From Candidatus Latescibacterota bacterium (GTDB taxonomy: Bacteria; Latescibacterota; UBA2968; UBA8231): DNA of 64,000 bases. Each line of letters begins with the position of its first letter. Positions within the stretch are counted from its first letter, which is position 1. The stretch spans positions 2,624,001 to 2,688,000 of the forward strand of contig OZ242318.1 in assembly GCA_965208105.1 (NCBI GenBank). The letters run 5' to 3'. Position numbers and translations under genes: made by a program. Below, one piece after another: positions 54,608-64,000 of the stretch. Below the pieces are notes generated by a model that saw only the letters and a program-made list of their open reading frames with translations, was not told the origin of the DNA and did not search any database.

Positions 54608-57600
54608 TCAAGTTCCCGCCTCGGAGAGTCCGCAGGCTTCCTTTTCCCCGGGGCGGGCGCCTGCTCCCAGCCATTCCTGCAACTGCGACAGGAGCTTCAT
54701 TCCCGCCGGCACGCCTACGAGGATGATCGCGGTGGCGAAAAGGACGCCGAACCCCAGACTCGCCGCCATGGGAATCAAGAACTGCGCCTGCACGCTCCTC
54801 TCCAGGATCATGGGCAACAGGGCGAAGAAGGTCGTAAGCGAGGTCAGCAGGATGGGGCGGAATCGCTGCCTTCCCGCCTCCACAAGGGCCTCGTCAGTGG
54901 GTATTCCACGCTCCCGCAACTGGTTGAAAAAGCTGAGCAGGACCAGCGAGTCATTGACTACGACGCCGGACAGGGCAACGACCCCGAACATGCTCAGCAG
55001 GCCCAGATCCAGGCCCATGAGCACATGTCCCCAGACCGCGCCGATCATTCCGAAGGGGATGGCACTCATGATCACGAACGGCTGGGTATAGGAACGGAAG
55101 GGAATGGCCAGCAGGGCGTAGATGGCAAACATGGCAACGGCGAAGCCGCGCAGGAGACTGGCGAACGAGTCCTCGCGCTCGCGTTGCTCTCCCTCGTAGC
55201 TGTAGCGCAACCCCGGATATTCCCCCATCAGCACCGGCAGGAAGCGCTGCGCCAGATCCTGATTGATCTCGTTGGAGTTGGCGATCTGTGCATCCACATC
55301 CGCGGTGATGGTGACGGTGCGCTGGCCGTCGTAGCGGCTGATGGAGGCATACCCGTGCCCGACCTCGACTTCAGCCACCTGGGAAAATGCCACCTCCGCT
55401 CCCTCAGGGCTGCGAATGCGCATATTCTCGATATCGCCGGACGAGCGCCTCTCCCCAGCCGGATAGCGCACCATGACCCGTACGTCGTCGCTGCCGCGCT
55501 GGACGCGGAGGGCCTGATCTCCATAAAAACCCTGGCGCACCTGGCGGGCGAGATCGGCCAGGGTGATTCCCAGAGTCCGGGCCTCGGGCCTGAGGCCCAA
55601 CTTCATCTCCTGCTTGCCTTCCTGAAAGCTGTCCCTGATGTCTCCTACTCCCGGATATTTCCCCAGCTCGACCTTGAGGCGCTCCGCTGCCCGTAGAAGC
55701 TGGGAGAAGTCATCGGCCGACAGTTGTACCTCGATGGGATTGCCCGCCCTGAACAAGGCAGCTGAAAAGCTCAGCGCCTCGGCCCCTGGGATTTCTCCGA
55801 CCTGCGTCCGCAGACGCGAGACGATCTCTGTACTGGGGACGGGACGCACCTCCGAGGGCAGCAGCTCGATGGTGATCTCGGCCAGGTGGCCCTGCGCTCC
55901 GGCTGCGGCCGAGGCCGTAGCGCTCGACCTGCGGCCCATGGGCTGGTCCCCGATAAAGGTGAATACGTTGCGATAAATCGATGGCTGGTCCGCGCTCCTC
56001 CGGCCATCATACTTGTCCCTGACCATCAACGCGGCCGTCTCTATGCGTTTCACCGCCGCAGCGGTCTGCTCCGCCGTGGTGCCCTGGGGCATTGCGAGTG
56101 AGATTACAATCCAGTCCGCTTCCACCTCGGGCATGAAAACAACCTTGATGTGGCCGCCGGCGATCCAACCCAGGGTTCCCAGCATCAAGGCCAGCCCCAG
56201 GGCGGCGGTAGCCAGAGGGTTGGCCAGAGCAACCCTGAGACTGGGACTGTACCAGCGCTCGATGAGTTTTCTCAACTGCAGATCCACCAACTTCTGCAGC
56301 CTGTCGTGCCAGCGGAGGGGCACCCTCAGGACCCGGTCGAAGGTGCGGCTCAGCAGCCCATCTCCGCGCGAGGAGAGGTGGGCGGGCAAAATGAAGAGGG
56401 CCTCGATCAGGGAGACCAGGAGCATGGAAATGACGATGACCGGAATCACCGCCATGAACTTGCCCATCATCCCCTCCACGAAGAACAGGGGCGTGAAGGC
56501 CGCCACGCTGGTGAGTATTGAAAAAACCACCGGCTTGCCTACCTCCAGGGTCCCGTCGATGGAGGCCTGCAGCAGGCTTTTTCCGCGCTCGCGGTGGGCG
56601 AATACGTTCTCGCCCACGATGATGGCGTCGTCCACCACGATTCCGAGGGCAACGATGAAGGCGAAAAGTGAAAGCATGTTGATTGAAACATCGAAGGGCT
56701 GCATCAACAGAAAACTGCCAAGGAGAGAGATGGGAATGCCCATCATGACCCAGAATGCCAGGCGCAGATCCAGGAAAAAGGTCAGCAGGATGAAAACCAG
56801 CAGCAGCCCCAGCCGGGCATTGCGCAGCAGGAGGTCCAGGCGGCCGCGCAGCAGGCGCGCATCGTCGCGGGCGTAGTCGAGATGAACTCCGGCAGGCAGG
56901 TAGTCCCGCTGCGCCGCCATGTAGTCCTTCACCCATCGTGATATCTCAAGGGAGTTCTGGTCACCGGTGCGAAATACGCGCACGACGGCCGCCGGCTGCC
57001 CGTTGAAGCGCGAAATCAGGTCGCTGTCCTCGAAACCGTCGACAATGGCCGCGATCTGTCCCAATTTCAACGTGGTGCCGTCCGGCCGCGTCAGCACTAC
57101 CACGTCCTCGTACTCTCTCCCTGTGTATTTCAGGCCCCTGGTGCGCACCAGCATCTCACCGTCCTCGCTCTTGACGCTCCCTCCGGGCATATCCAGGCTG
57201 GAGCGCCGCACGGCCTCGCTCACCTGGGCCAGGGTAAGGCCGTGCCGGCGCAGGACTCTTTCGGGAACTTCGATTGAAATCTCGTCGCTGCGCACGCCCG
57301 CCAGCTCCGCCTGGGAGATGCCGTCCACATGGCGCAGGTCGTCGCGTATGCGTTCGGCTGTCGCCTTGAGAACCTTCTCCGGCACATCACCGTAGACCAC
57401 CAGGTCAATCACCTGAGTACGGCGCACGAGTTCCTTGATGACCGGCTTCTCCGTTTCCTCCGGAAAGGTGTCTATGCGGTCGATCTCGTTTTTTATATCA
57501 TTGAGCATCCGGCTCATCTCCACCCCCAGCTCCAGTTCCACCGACACGCTTCCCATTCCCTCTGCCGCGGTCGACCGGATGCTGCGGATGCCCTCCAGTC

Positions 57601-57820
57601 CCGAGAGCCGCTCTTCTATTCGCGCGCACACCCCTCTCTCCACGTCCTCCGGGGTGGCTCCAAGATAGGGGACCAGAATCTGCACCTGGTCCAGGGAAAA
57701 CTCGGGGAAGGTTTCCTTCTTCATGCCCAATATCCCCAACAACCCGGTCAGCAGCAGAAAGACCATCAACAGGTTGGCCGCCACGTGGTTCCTCGCCATC
57801 CAGACCACCGGTCTTCTCAT
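54608..57820 (-). CDS. RND efflux permease (AcrB family)
   Basis: GIVVDDAIIVGEN, RFRPILLTS.TT, 1070 aa. Confidence 0.93.
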   Translation of the reverse strand: MRRPVVWMARNHVAANLLMVFLLLTGLLGILGMKKETFPEFSLDQVQILVPYLGATPEDVERGVCARIEERLSGLEGIRSIRSTAAEGMGSVSVELELGVEMSRMLNDIKNEIDRIDTFPEETEKPVIKELVRRTQVIDLVVYGDVPEKVLKATAERIRDDLRHVDGISQAELAGVRSDEISIEVPERVLRRHGLTLAQVSEAVRRSSLDMPGGSVKSEDGEMLVRTRGLKYTGREYEDVVVLTRPDGTTLKLGQIAAIVDGFEDSDLISRFNGQPAAVVRVFRTGDQNSLEISRWVKDYMAAQRDYLPAGVHLDYARDDARLLRGRLDLLLRNARLGLLLVFILLTFFLDLRLAFWVMMGIPISLLGSFLLMQPFDVSINMLSLFAFIVALGIVVDDAIIVGENVFAHRERGKSLLQASIDGTLEVGKPVVFSILTSVAAFTPLFFVEGMMGKFMAVIPVIVISMLLVSLIEALFILPAHLSSRGDGLLSRTFDRVLRVPLRWHDRLQKLVDLQLRKLIERWYSPSLRVALANPLATAALGLALMLGTLGWIAGGHIKVVFMPEVEADWIVISLAMPQGTTAEQTAAAVKRIETAALMVRDKYDGRRSADQPSIYRNVFTFIGDQPMGRRSSATASAAAGAQGHLAEITIELLPSEVRPVPSTEIVSRLRTQVGEIPGAEALSFSAALFRAGNPIEVQLSADDFSQLLRAAERLKVELGKYPGVGDIRDSFQEGKQEMKLGLRPEARTLGITLADLARQVRQGFYGDQALRVQRGSDDVRVMVRYPAGERRSSGDIENMRIRSPEGAEVAFSQVAEVEVGHGYASISRYDGQRTVTITADVDAQIANSNEINQDLAQRFLPVLMGEYPGLRYSYEGEQREREDSFASLLRGFAVAMFAIYALLAIPFRSYTQPFVIMSAIPFGMIGAVWGHVLMGLDLGLLSMFGVVALSGVVVNDSLVLLSFFNQLRERGIPTDEALVEAGRQRFRPILLTSLTTFFALLPMILERSVQAQFLIPMAASLGFGVLFATAIILVGVPAGMKLLSQLQEWLGAGARPGEKEACGLSEAGT

Positions 57821-59070
57821 TTTTCCGAACCTTCCGCAACCCGCACCTGCATTCCGTCGGTGACCCCGCTCAACTGAGACACCACTATGTTCTCGTCGGG
57901 TTCCATATCGACGCGGACCAGTACCTCATCTTTGCGGCTGTGCACTATCCCGGCTTTCCGCACCCGCAAAATGCCGTCCGCGCCCACGGTCCAGACCGTA
58001 TTGCCGGGACGCAGCACCAGGCGGGGGACCACCCTCACTCCTTCCACCGTGCGGCCGCCAACTTCTACGTCCACAAAGAGCCCCACCACCAGGGGGGTTT
58101 CCCGGGCGCCATAGGGGTCGTCGACCTCGACGACCAGATGCGCCATGCGGCTGCGCGGGTCGAGTTCGCCCTCGACGCGGACCACCCGTCCACTCCAGCT
58201 GTGCCTGCTCCCGGCGTACCAGCCCCGGACCACGGCCTGAGGTCCCGGGCCGGGACGCGGGTCCAGGCGCCCGCCCTCCCCCGGACCGTATATCCTGGGC
58301 CCTGGCGGGGTCGGGGCGGCCTCACCTGCCGGTTCCACCTTGGACAGCCGAGGCATATCGAACCAGGCCAGGTCCTTGTCGGCAATGGGCACGACGATTT
58401 CGGCCTTCTCAATGCTGTAGAGCTGCGCCACGGGCCTGCCCGGTGTGACGAACTGCCCCGCGTCGAGACCGGTATCGCGCACGCGCCCGTCGAAGGGGGC
58501 CAGGAGCCGGGTGCGCGCGAGATGCAGGCGAGCTTCCTTCAGGCGCGCCTCGGCGGCCGCGAGAGCTGCGCGAGCCGCCCGCAGCTGGGGAATGTGCAGC
58601 ACCAGGGAATCGGGTGCGGTCCCGGCCACGGAGGCCGCCGGATTGATCAGCTCCCATTCCCTGCGGGCAACGCCCGCCTCTCCCCTCGCCAGATCGAGCC
58701 GGTAGCGGGCCTGGGCGACATCCGCCTCCGCGCGCGCCACCGCCAATTCGTAGTCTTCAGGGTCAATCCGGGCCAGGAGATCACCCTGAAGGAAAAAGCC
58801 TCCGCGTTCCAGTTGGGGCGACTTCCACACGACCGTCCCCGATACCTGGGGCACCAGATCGATCTGGGCGCCGGGCTGCACCGTGCCCTGTCCTTCCACC
58901 ACGACCTCGACCGCGCGAGGATCCGCCTTCACGACTTCGACCAGGGGACCTCCATAGGGCTGTTCCTCCCTCCGGGGTGGTTCGCTCAACCCCGCCAGCA
59001 GAGCATAGACGGCCACGCCGGCGAGTGCGATCGCCAGCGGCAATACCCCCTTGATCAATACCTTCCTCAT
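57817..59070 (-). CDS. RND membrane fusion protein
   Basis: PQVSG.V, hairpin coiled coil, APFDG. Confidence 0.9.
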   Translation of the reverse strand: MRKVLIKGVLPLAIALAGVAVYALLAGLSEPPRREEQPYGGPLVEVVKADPRAVEVVVEGQGTVQPGAQIDLVPQVSGTVVWKSPQLERGGFFLQGDLLARIDPEDYELAVARAEADVAQARYRLDLARGEAGVARREWELINPAASVAGTAPDSLVLHIPQLRAARAALAAAEARLKEARLHLARTRLLAPFDGRVRDTGLDAGQFVTPGRPVAQLYSIEKAEIVVPIADKDLAWFDMPRLSKVEPAGEAAPTPPGPRIYGPGEGGRLDPRPGPGPQAVVRGWYAGSRHSWSGRVVRVEGELDPRSRMAHLVVEVDDPYGARETPLVVGLFVDVEVGGRTVEGVRVVPRLVLRPGNTVWTVGADGILRVRKAGIVHSRKDEVLVRVDMEPDENIVVSQLSGVTDGMQVRVAEGSEK

Positions 59071-60596
59071 TCTCTTCTCTCCGGTTCTGAAGAATCAACT
59101 GGCTCGAAGCCGCCTCCCAGGGCAAGATGCAGGTCGATCCGGGCTTCGAGGCGCTGGCGCCTCACTGCCAGCAGCTGACTCTCCGCCTCGAAGGCGCGGC
59201 GCTGAGATTCAAGCACGGTGATCAGATCGGTCAGGCCAGTGTCATAGCGATCCTGGGCCAGGCTGCCGGCGGCCCCTGCCTGCCGGACAGCCTCCTGCAA
59301 AGCCTCCTCCTGCCGCGCCAGGAAACCCTCGGCCGCCAGGGTGGACTCGACTTCAGCATAGGCTTTGAGCACGCTGGATGCATAAATGGCCAGGGCTTGC
59401 TCCGACCCGGCCTTGGCCAGATCTACTCCGGCGCGCAGCCGTCCGCCCTGGAAGAGGGGCAGAGTGAGATTGCCGACCAGGTTCCACACCGAGAAATCGC
59501 CCTTTAGCAACTCGCTCAGCTCGTCGCTGGAACGCCCTCCTGAAGCGGTCAGGCCGATGCGGGGATACAGAGCGGCGCGGGAAGCTGCGAGCCGGGAGGC
59601 CGACGCCGCCAGACGGCGTTCGGCCGCTGCCAGGTCTGGTCTGCGCGCCACCAATCCGGCGGGCAGTCCAACCGGAATCAGAGGAGGTACGGGCGGTAGC
59701 TCCCGGCTCAGTTCCACGGTGGCGGCCGGATAGCGCCCCAGCAGCAGTTCGAGTTGGCGGCGCATGGCGTCGAGCCGGCGCCGGCGCTGATGCAGAAGGG
59801 CCTCGGCCACGGCCAGGTTGGATAAAGTCAAACGCAGATCGAGGGAGGGCCGCAGGCCGCGGTCGTAGCGCTCGCGGATGCGTTCGCTGGAAAGGCGATA
59901 GTTGTCTACGGTCGATTGAGCCAGTTCCACCTGGCGCCCGGCTTCCACCGCTGACAGATAGGTCCGGGCGGTCTGAGCCGCCAGAGAAAGTTGCGCTCCC
60001 CTGAAGTCCGCCTCCGCAGCCCTGAAATCGGCCGCAGCAGCAGCCTTGCCGGCGCGCAGGCGGCCCCATAGGTCCACCTCCCAGCTCAGATTCAATGAAA
60101 CCCCGTAGTTGTTGGTCGTGGTGACCAGGACCTCTTCCCGAAAGCCGGGAATGGGAAAGCCGACAAAGTTCTGCCTCCGCCGCGACCCGTTGGCGCCGGC
60201 GCCCACCTGGGGAAAAAGCTCGGCGCCGGCGATTCTCGCCTGCGCCGCGGCAGCCTGAAGGCGGGCCGCCGCGGCCTTCAGGTCATAGTTGCGCGACAGG
60301 GCTTCGGCTACGAGATCAGCGGCGGTTGAATCGGCGAAGCTCGCCCATCGCAGGGTCTTTGCCGGGGCGCCGCCGATGCTCCCGGCCGTCCACTGCGCTG
60401 GTGGCTCGACCCCGAGATTGGGATGCTTTATCGGTGGCGGGGTAGAACAGGAGAGAAGCAGAGCAGGCAGCAGGAGGCATCGAAGTTCCCTGGATCGCCG
60501 CCGGAGAGAAGGCGACCGGCGGCCGATCCCCGGCCGCTTCGGCGCCGCCGGGCAAGTCCTCCCGCGCCGGCCGGAGCTGTCGATTATTGCCATCAT
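59067..60596 (-). CDS. Outer membrane efflux lipoprotein (NodT/OprM family)
   Basis: LLLSC lipobox, WEVDLWG, RRPD, L.LALGGG. Start uncertain. Confidence 0.88.
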   Translation of the reverse strand: MMAIIDSSGRRGRTCPAAPKRPGIGRRSPSLRRRSRELRCLLLPALLLSCSTPPPIKHPNLGVEPPAQWTAGSIGGAPAKTLRWASFADSTAADLVAEALSRNYDLKAAAARLQAAAAQARIAGAELFPQVGAGANGSRRRQNFVGFPIPGFREEVLVTTTNNYGVSLNLSWEVDLWGRLRAGKAAAAADFRAAEADFRGAQLSLAAQTARTYLSAVEAGRQVELAQSTVDNYRLSSERIRERYDRGLRPSLDLRLTLSNLAVAEALLHQRRRRLDAMRRQLELLLGRYPAATVELSRELPPVPPLIPVGLPAGLVARRPDLAAAERRLAASASRLAASRAALYPRIGLTASGGRSSDELSELLKGDFSVWNLVGNLTLPLFQGGRLRAGVDLAKAGSEQALAIYASSVLKAYAEVESTLAAEGFLARQEEALQEAVRQAGAAGSLAQDRYDTGLTDLITVLESQRRAFEAESQLLAVRRQRLEARIDLHLALGGGFEPVDSSEPERRE

Positions 60597-60603
60597 CGAA
60601 ACC

Positions 60604-61707
60604 TCACCGGCGATCGACCCCCCGGCGCAGCACAGTCACAAGCCGTTCGGCGCTGTGGCCGTCCCACAGGTCCGGGATCCTTCCCTTCTTCGACTTCCCT
60701 TCGAGTACGCGAAAGGCCTCCCCGACGATGCGGTCGGGCTCGGACCCCACCAGGACATTGGTCCCCATTTCCACCGTTATGGGACGCTCGGTATTGCTCC
60801 GCAAGGTCAGGCAGGGAACCTTGAGAACCGTGGTCTCCTCCTGCAGACCGCCCGAATCCGTGAGCACCATGCGGGCATTCTCCAGGAGTTTGAGCAAGTC
60901 CAGGTATCCCATCGGACCGCTCAAGCAGACCCGTTCCATTTTCGCGAAGGAGGGGGCGAGCCCCGAGGACTCGATGCTCTTCCGGGTGCGGGGATGTACT
61001 GGGAAGACGATGGGAATCCGCTCCTGGATCCGGGCGAATGCCTGCGCAATGCCCTCCAGAGTCTGCACATCGTCAACGTTGGAGGGACGGTGCAGGGTGG
61101 CCACGGCGTACCCGCCTGAAGCCAGTCCCAGATCCTCCCTGACGGTGGAAGAGGCGGCGCGCGGACGCATCCTGACCATCGTATCGATCATGACGTTGCC
61201 GACCCGGAAGATACATGACGCCGGCACGTTCTCCGCTTTGAGATTGGCGTCGGAGTCTTCAGAATAGGTGAAAAGGACATCGGCCAGAGCATCCGTGGCA
61301 ATGCGGTTGAGCTCCTCGGGCATGCGGCGGTCGCCGCTGCGTAGTCCGGCCTCCACGTGGGCGACCGGGACATCTCCCTTGCTCGCGGCCAGGGCGCAGG
61401 CCAGGGTTGACGTGGTGTCTCCCACGACCGCGACCAGGTCGGGCTTTTCGGCCCGCAGCACCGAATCGAATCCGGTCAGGATATGGGCAGTCTGTGCGAC
61501 GGGGTCGTCGCTGCGGGCTCCTAGGTGGAAATCGGGCGGAGGCAGCTCCAGGTCGCTGAAGAAGATGGAGGACATCTCATGGTCGTAGTGCTGGCCGGTG
61601 TGAACAAGAATGGGGACGAACTCTTCAGGGTAGCTGCGCAACTCGGCGAGGACAGGGGCGACCTTCATGAAGTTCGGCCGCGCTCCGGCCACAAGGACGA
61701 TTTTCAT
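60604..61707 (-). CDS. wecB: UDP-N-acetylglucosamine 2-epimerase (non-hydrolysing)
   Basis: GARPNFMK, HTGQHYD, HVEAGLRS, TDSGGLQEE, TERP. Confidence 0.95.
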   Translation of the reverse strand: MKIVLVAGARPNFMKVAPVLAELRSYPEEFVPILVHTGQHYDHEMSSIFFSDLELPPPDFHLGARSDDPVAQTAHILTGFDSVLRAEKPDLVAVVGDTTSTLACALAASKGDVPVAHVEAGLRSGDRRMPEELNRIATDALADVLFTYSEDSDANLKAENVPASCIFRVGNVMIDTMVRMRPRAASSTVREDLGLASGGYAVATLHRPSNVDDVQTLEGIAQAFARIQERIPIVFPVHPRTRKSIESSGLAPSFAKMERVCLSGPMGYLDLLKLLENARMVLTDSGGLQEETTVLKVPCLTLRSNTERPITVEMGTNVLVGSEPDRIVGEAFRVLEGKSKKGRIPDLWDGHSAERLVTVLRRGVDRR

Positions 61708-61853
61708 ATGGCTCCTGGCGCAAAAGCTCGTCCTGCTCAGGGGTGGGTTCGAGGCGGAATCAGTAGTGCGGACGGTAAATATACCCACCCTTCCAGAAGC
61801 TGTAAACAACTGCAGGAGGCCCGGGCTGAAGCGGCGGGAAGGAAAACTGTTTA

Positions 61854-62624
61854 TCAGGGACCTCTGCAGGAATTGCCCGTGGTGAGGGTATGCGAGGGTC
61901 CCAGCTGCGCATGGGTGACCACCGCGTATTGCAGCCACCGGCGGCGCGCTCCCAGTTCCAGCCCCATGGCGAATCGGCGGGGGCTGGAGCGGGTTGCGGC
62001 CATCAGGCGCAGGCGCCTGTGGAGGCGATGCTCCGCGGCCAGAGCCAGGCGCGTGGGGCGCCCGCCCCGTTTCTGCATGCGGGCGTAGAGAGGATTTGAT
62101 GCGCCTGGTCGATGCTCCACCTTGGCGAAGATCTGGCGCCGCGCGAGGTTCCCCGCCCTCTGCTGCCACCAGGCGCTCAGCTTCAGACCCTGGACCAGGT
62201 CCAGGCTGAATCCCAGTCCCAGCCTCGTGTCCTGCAGCCCCCCGGCACCGTCCTGCTGCAGACGCAATGCTGTGAGCGATGCGCCTGCCGAGAGTCGCCG
62301 GGTCAATTTGCCGCCCGCTCCCACCCAGGCACTCAGCTCGCGATGGAGATCATACCCGGTGGAGCTGACCCCCGCACCTCCACCCCAAACCCCGAAGGAC
62401 CGCGTGAGCCCCAAACTGTGCCGGCGGAGCTGACGCAGGCCGAAGGGCAGGTGCTGCCCCAGGCTCCATTGGAAGCATGAGGCAGCTTTCAGGTCGGCGG
62501 GGTTGGCGTAGAGACCGTGGCGGGCGGCGAACGGCAGCGATGACTCCGGCCCGTCCAGCTCGAATGCAGCCTCCGCATCCACCGTGCCGAGCAGAACTAC
62601 GGTCCAAATACGACTGAAAACCAT
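61854..62624 (-). CDS. Hypothetical outer-membrane beta-barrel-like protein
   Basis: Signal-like N-terminus, YANPA motif, alternating beta-strand pattern. Confidence 0.5.
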   Translation of the reverse strand: MVFSRIWTVVLLGTVDAEAAFELDGPESSLPFAARHGLYANPADLKAASCFQWSLGQHLPFGLRQLRRHSLGLTRSFGVWGGGAGVSSTGYDLHRELSAWVGAGGKLTRRLSAGASLTALRLQQDGAGGLQDTRLGLGFSLDLVQGLKLSAWWQQRAGNLARRQIFAKVEHRPGASNPLYARMQKRGGRPTRLALAAEHRLHRRLRLMAATRSSPRRFAMGLELGARRRWLQYAVVTHAQLGPSHTLTTGNSCRGP

Positions 62625-62805
62625 CCGCCACTCCCCGAAGCCTGGTTGCCTCCGCATGAAATAGCAATTCGCAGGCCAATTCCAGGGCACGAGGAGCCGG
62701 AGCAGGTGGAGAAGGCAGGACGACGAGGCAACACCGCGGTGCCGTGGCCGGGCAGAACCGCTTCCCTCCCTTGACGATGGCCGTTCCGATCATAGCTTCA
62801 GCCAC

Positions 62806-63822
62806 GTGCAGACCATCATCCTCCAGGAGCCGGAACAATTCATTCGCACCGAGTCCGACGCCCCCACCGAACCCGCGCCGGGACACGCATTGGTTCGCGT
62901 CCACCGCATGGGGATTTGCGGCACGGACCTCCATGCCTTTCGCGGGCGCCAGCCTTTCTTCTCCTACCCGCGTATTCTGGGACATGAGCTCGGAGTGGAG
63001 GTGTTACAGGTGGGAGAAGGGGTGGAAGGCCTCGAACGTGGAACCCTTTGCACGATCGAGCCCTACCTGCATTGCGGACAGTGCCTGGCCTGCCGCCGCG
63101 GCCGCCTCAACTGCTGCTCCCGGCTGCAGGTGCTGGGCGTACACGTCGACGGTGGAATGCGGGAGTTGATCGTCGTTCCGGGAGAGAAACTGCATCCCTC
63201 TCCCCTGCTTACCCTGGACCAGCTGGCTCTGGTGGAGACCCTGGGTATCGGCGCCCATGCCGTGCAGCGCGCCGCCCTGGACCGGGATGAAAACGTCCTC
63301 GTCATCGGTGCCGGACCCATCGGTCTTTCAGTTGTCCAGTTTGCCCAGATCGCCGGCGCCCGGGTGATGGTCATGGAAGTCGACGACGGCAGATTGAAAT
63401 TCTGCCTTGAACGTTTCGGAATAGATCGCGGTGTTGACGGGAAGAACGATGGGCGCAGGCAAGTGGAGGAATTCCTCGGAGGGGAACTGCCCACAGCGGT
63501 ATTCGACGCAACGGGCAATGCCGAATCCATGATGTCCGCCTTCGACTACGTTGCCCAGGGCGGCCGCCTCGTCTTCGTGGGCCTAGTACAGGCCGATATC
63601 ACCTTCCACGATCCCGAGTTCCACCGCCGCGAACTCACCCTACTCAGCAGCCGCAACTCCACCAGAGGTGACTTCCTGCGGATTATCCGGCTGCTCGAGG
63701 AGGAACGCATCGATACCCGGCCATGGATCACCCACCGGGCCAATTTCGATAATGTAATCGAAGAGTTTCCCACCTGGCTCGACCCCCGCACCGGGGTGAT
63801 CAAGGCCATGATGGAGTTCTGA
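62806..63822 (+). CDS. Zinc-binding dehydrogenase (L-galactonate/gulonate dehydrogenase-like)
   Basis: GICGTD, GHE, C..C..C.......C, IGAGPIG, SSRN. Confidence 0.9.
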   Translation: MQTIILQEPEQFIRTESDAPTEPAPGHALVRVHRMGICGTDLHAFRGRQPFFSYPRILGHELGVEVLQVGEGVEGLERGTLCTIEPYLHCGQCLACRRGRLNCCSRLQVLGVHVDGGMRELIVVPGEKLHPSPLLTLDQLALVETLGIGAHAVQRAALDRDENVLVIGAGPIGLSVVQFAQIAGARVMVMEVDDGRLKFCLERFGIDRGVDGKNDGRRQVEEFLGGELPTAVFDATGNAESMMSAFDYVAQGGRLVFVGLVQADITFHDPEFHRRELTLLSSRNSTRGDFLRIIRLLEEERIDTRPWITHRANFDNVIEEFPTWLDPRTGVIKAMMEF

Positions 63823-63855
63823 GCCCGACCTTGTCCCCGGCGCGGCTCGGCAACT

Positions 63856-63999
63856 TCAACCTCGCCAATAGATTGCGGTCTTGAAGCGGATTTCCCCGGG
63901 GCGAGCATCCACGGCCATACCCTTGAAATTCGCCAGGTGCGCGTCCACGTAGGCATCGAGGGCGGCGAGAATTGTGGTAAGTCCCAGGAAGAGAAAGCG
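63856..63999 (-). CDS. C-terminus of a DUF5683-like membrane protein (5'-partial)
   Basis: ...LAALDAYVDAHLANF...IYWRG*. Confidence 0.55.
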   Translation of the reverse strand, partial: RFLFLGLTTILAALDAYVDAHLANFKGMAVDARPGEIRFKTAIYWRG

Positions 64000-64000
64000 A

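Overview
GC-rich bacterial window. Its content suggests a host-associated Latescibacterota/Gemmatimonadota-like organism, possibly a sponge symbiont (inference only): WD40/LRR/RCC1 repeat proteins, a dockerin-like tail, two PhyH dioxygenases and a sulfatase. The first ~12.7 kb is an accessory, mobile-element-rich region. It holds a metzincin-WD40 surface protein, an internally deleted IS3 that truncates a Type IIG restriction-modification gene, a BrnT/BrnA-like toxin-antitoxin pair with a gutted toxin, a 162-bp MITE, an intact IS110/IS1111-type element, several IS scraps and two lipoproteins. The best finding is that the IS1111-type element sits in the terminal repeat of the MITE at a duplicated CT core. 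Its 3' non-coding region contains short segments matching the MITE end and its own circle junction, which makes it a candidate bridge/seek RNA targeting a MITE. A second, unoccupied MITE copy at ~34.3 kb matches the putative target guides perfectly. The rest is mostly metabolic or housekeeping: oxidoreductases, a NamZ/GT2/DUF2723 cluster, double-length UvrA, an ABC pair with DUF1854, cysH, murD, argC, tatD, rfbB-wza-wzz, MlrC, dut, a Mo-hydroxylase operon, an RND pump and wecB. All calls come from reading motifs; no database searches were run.
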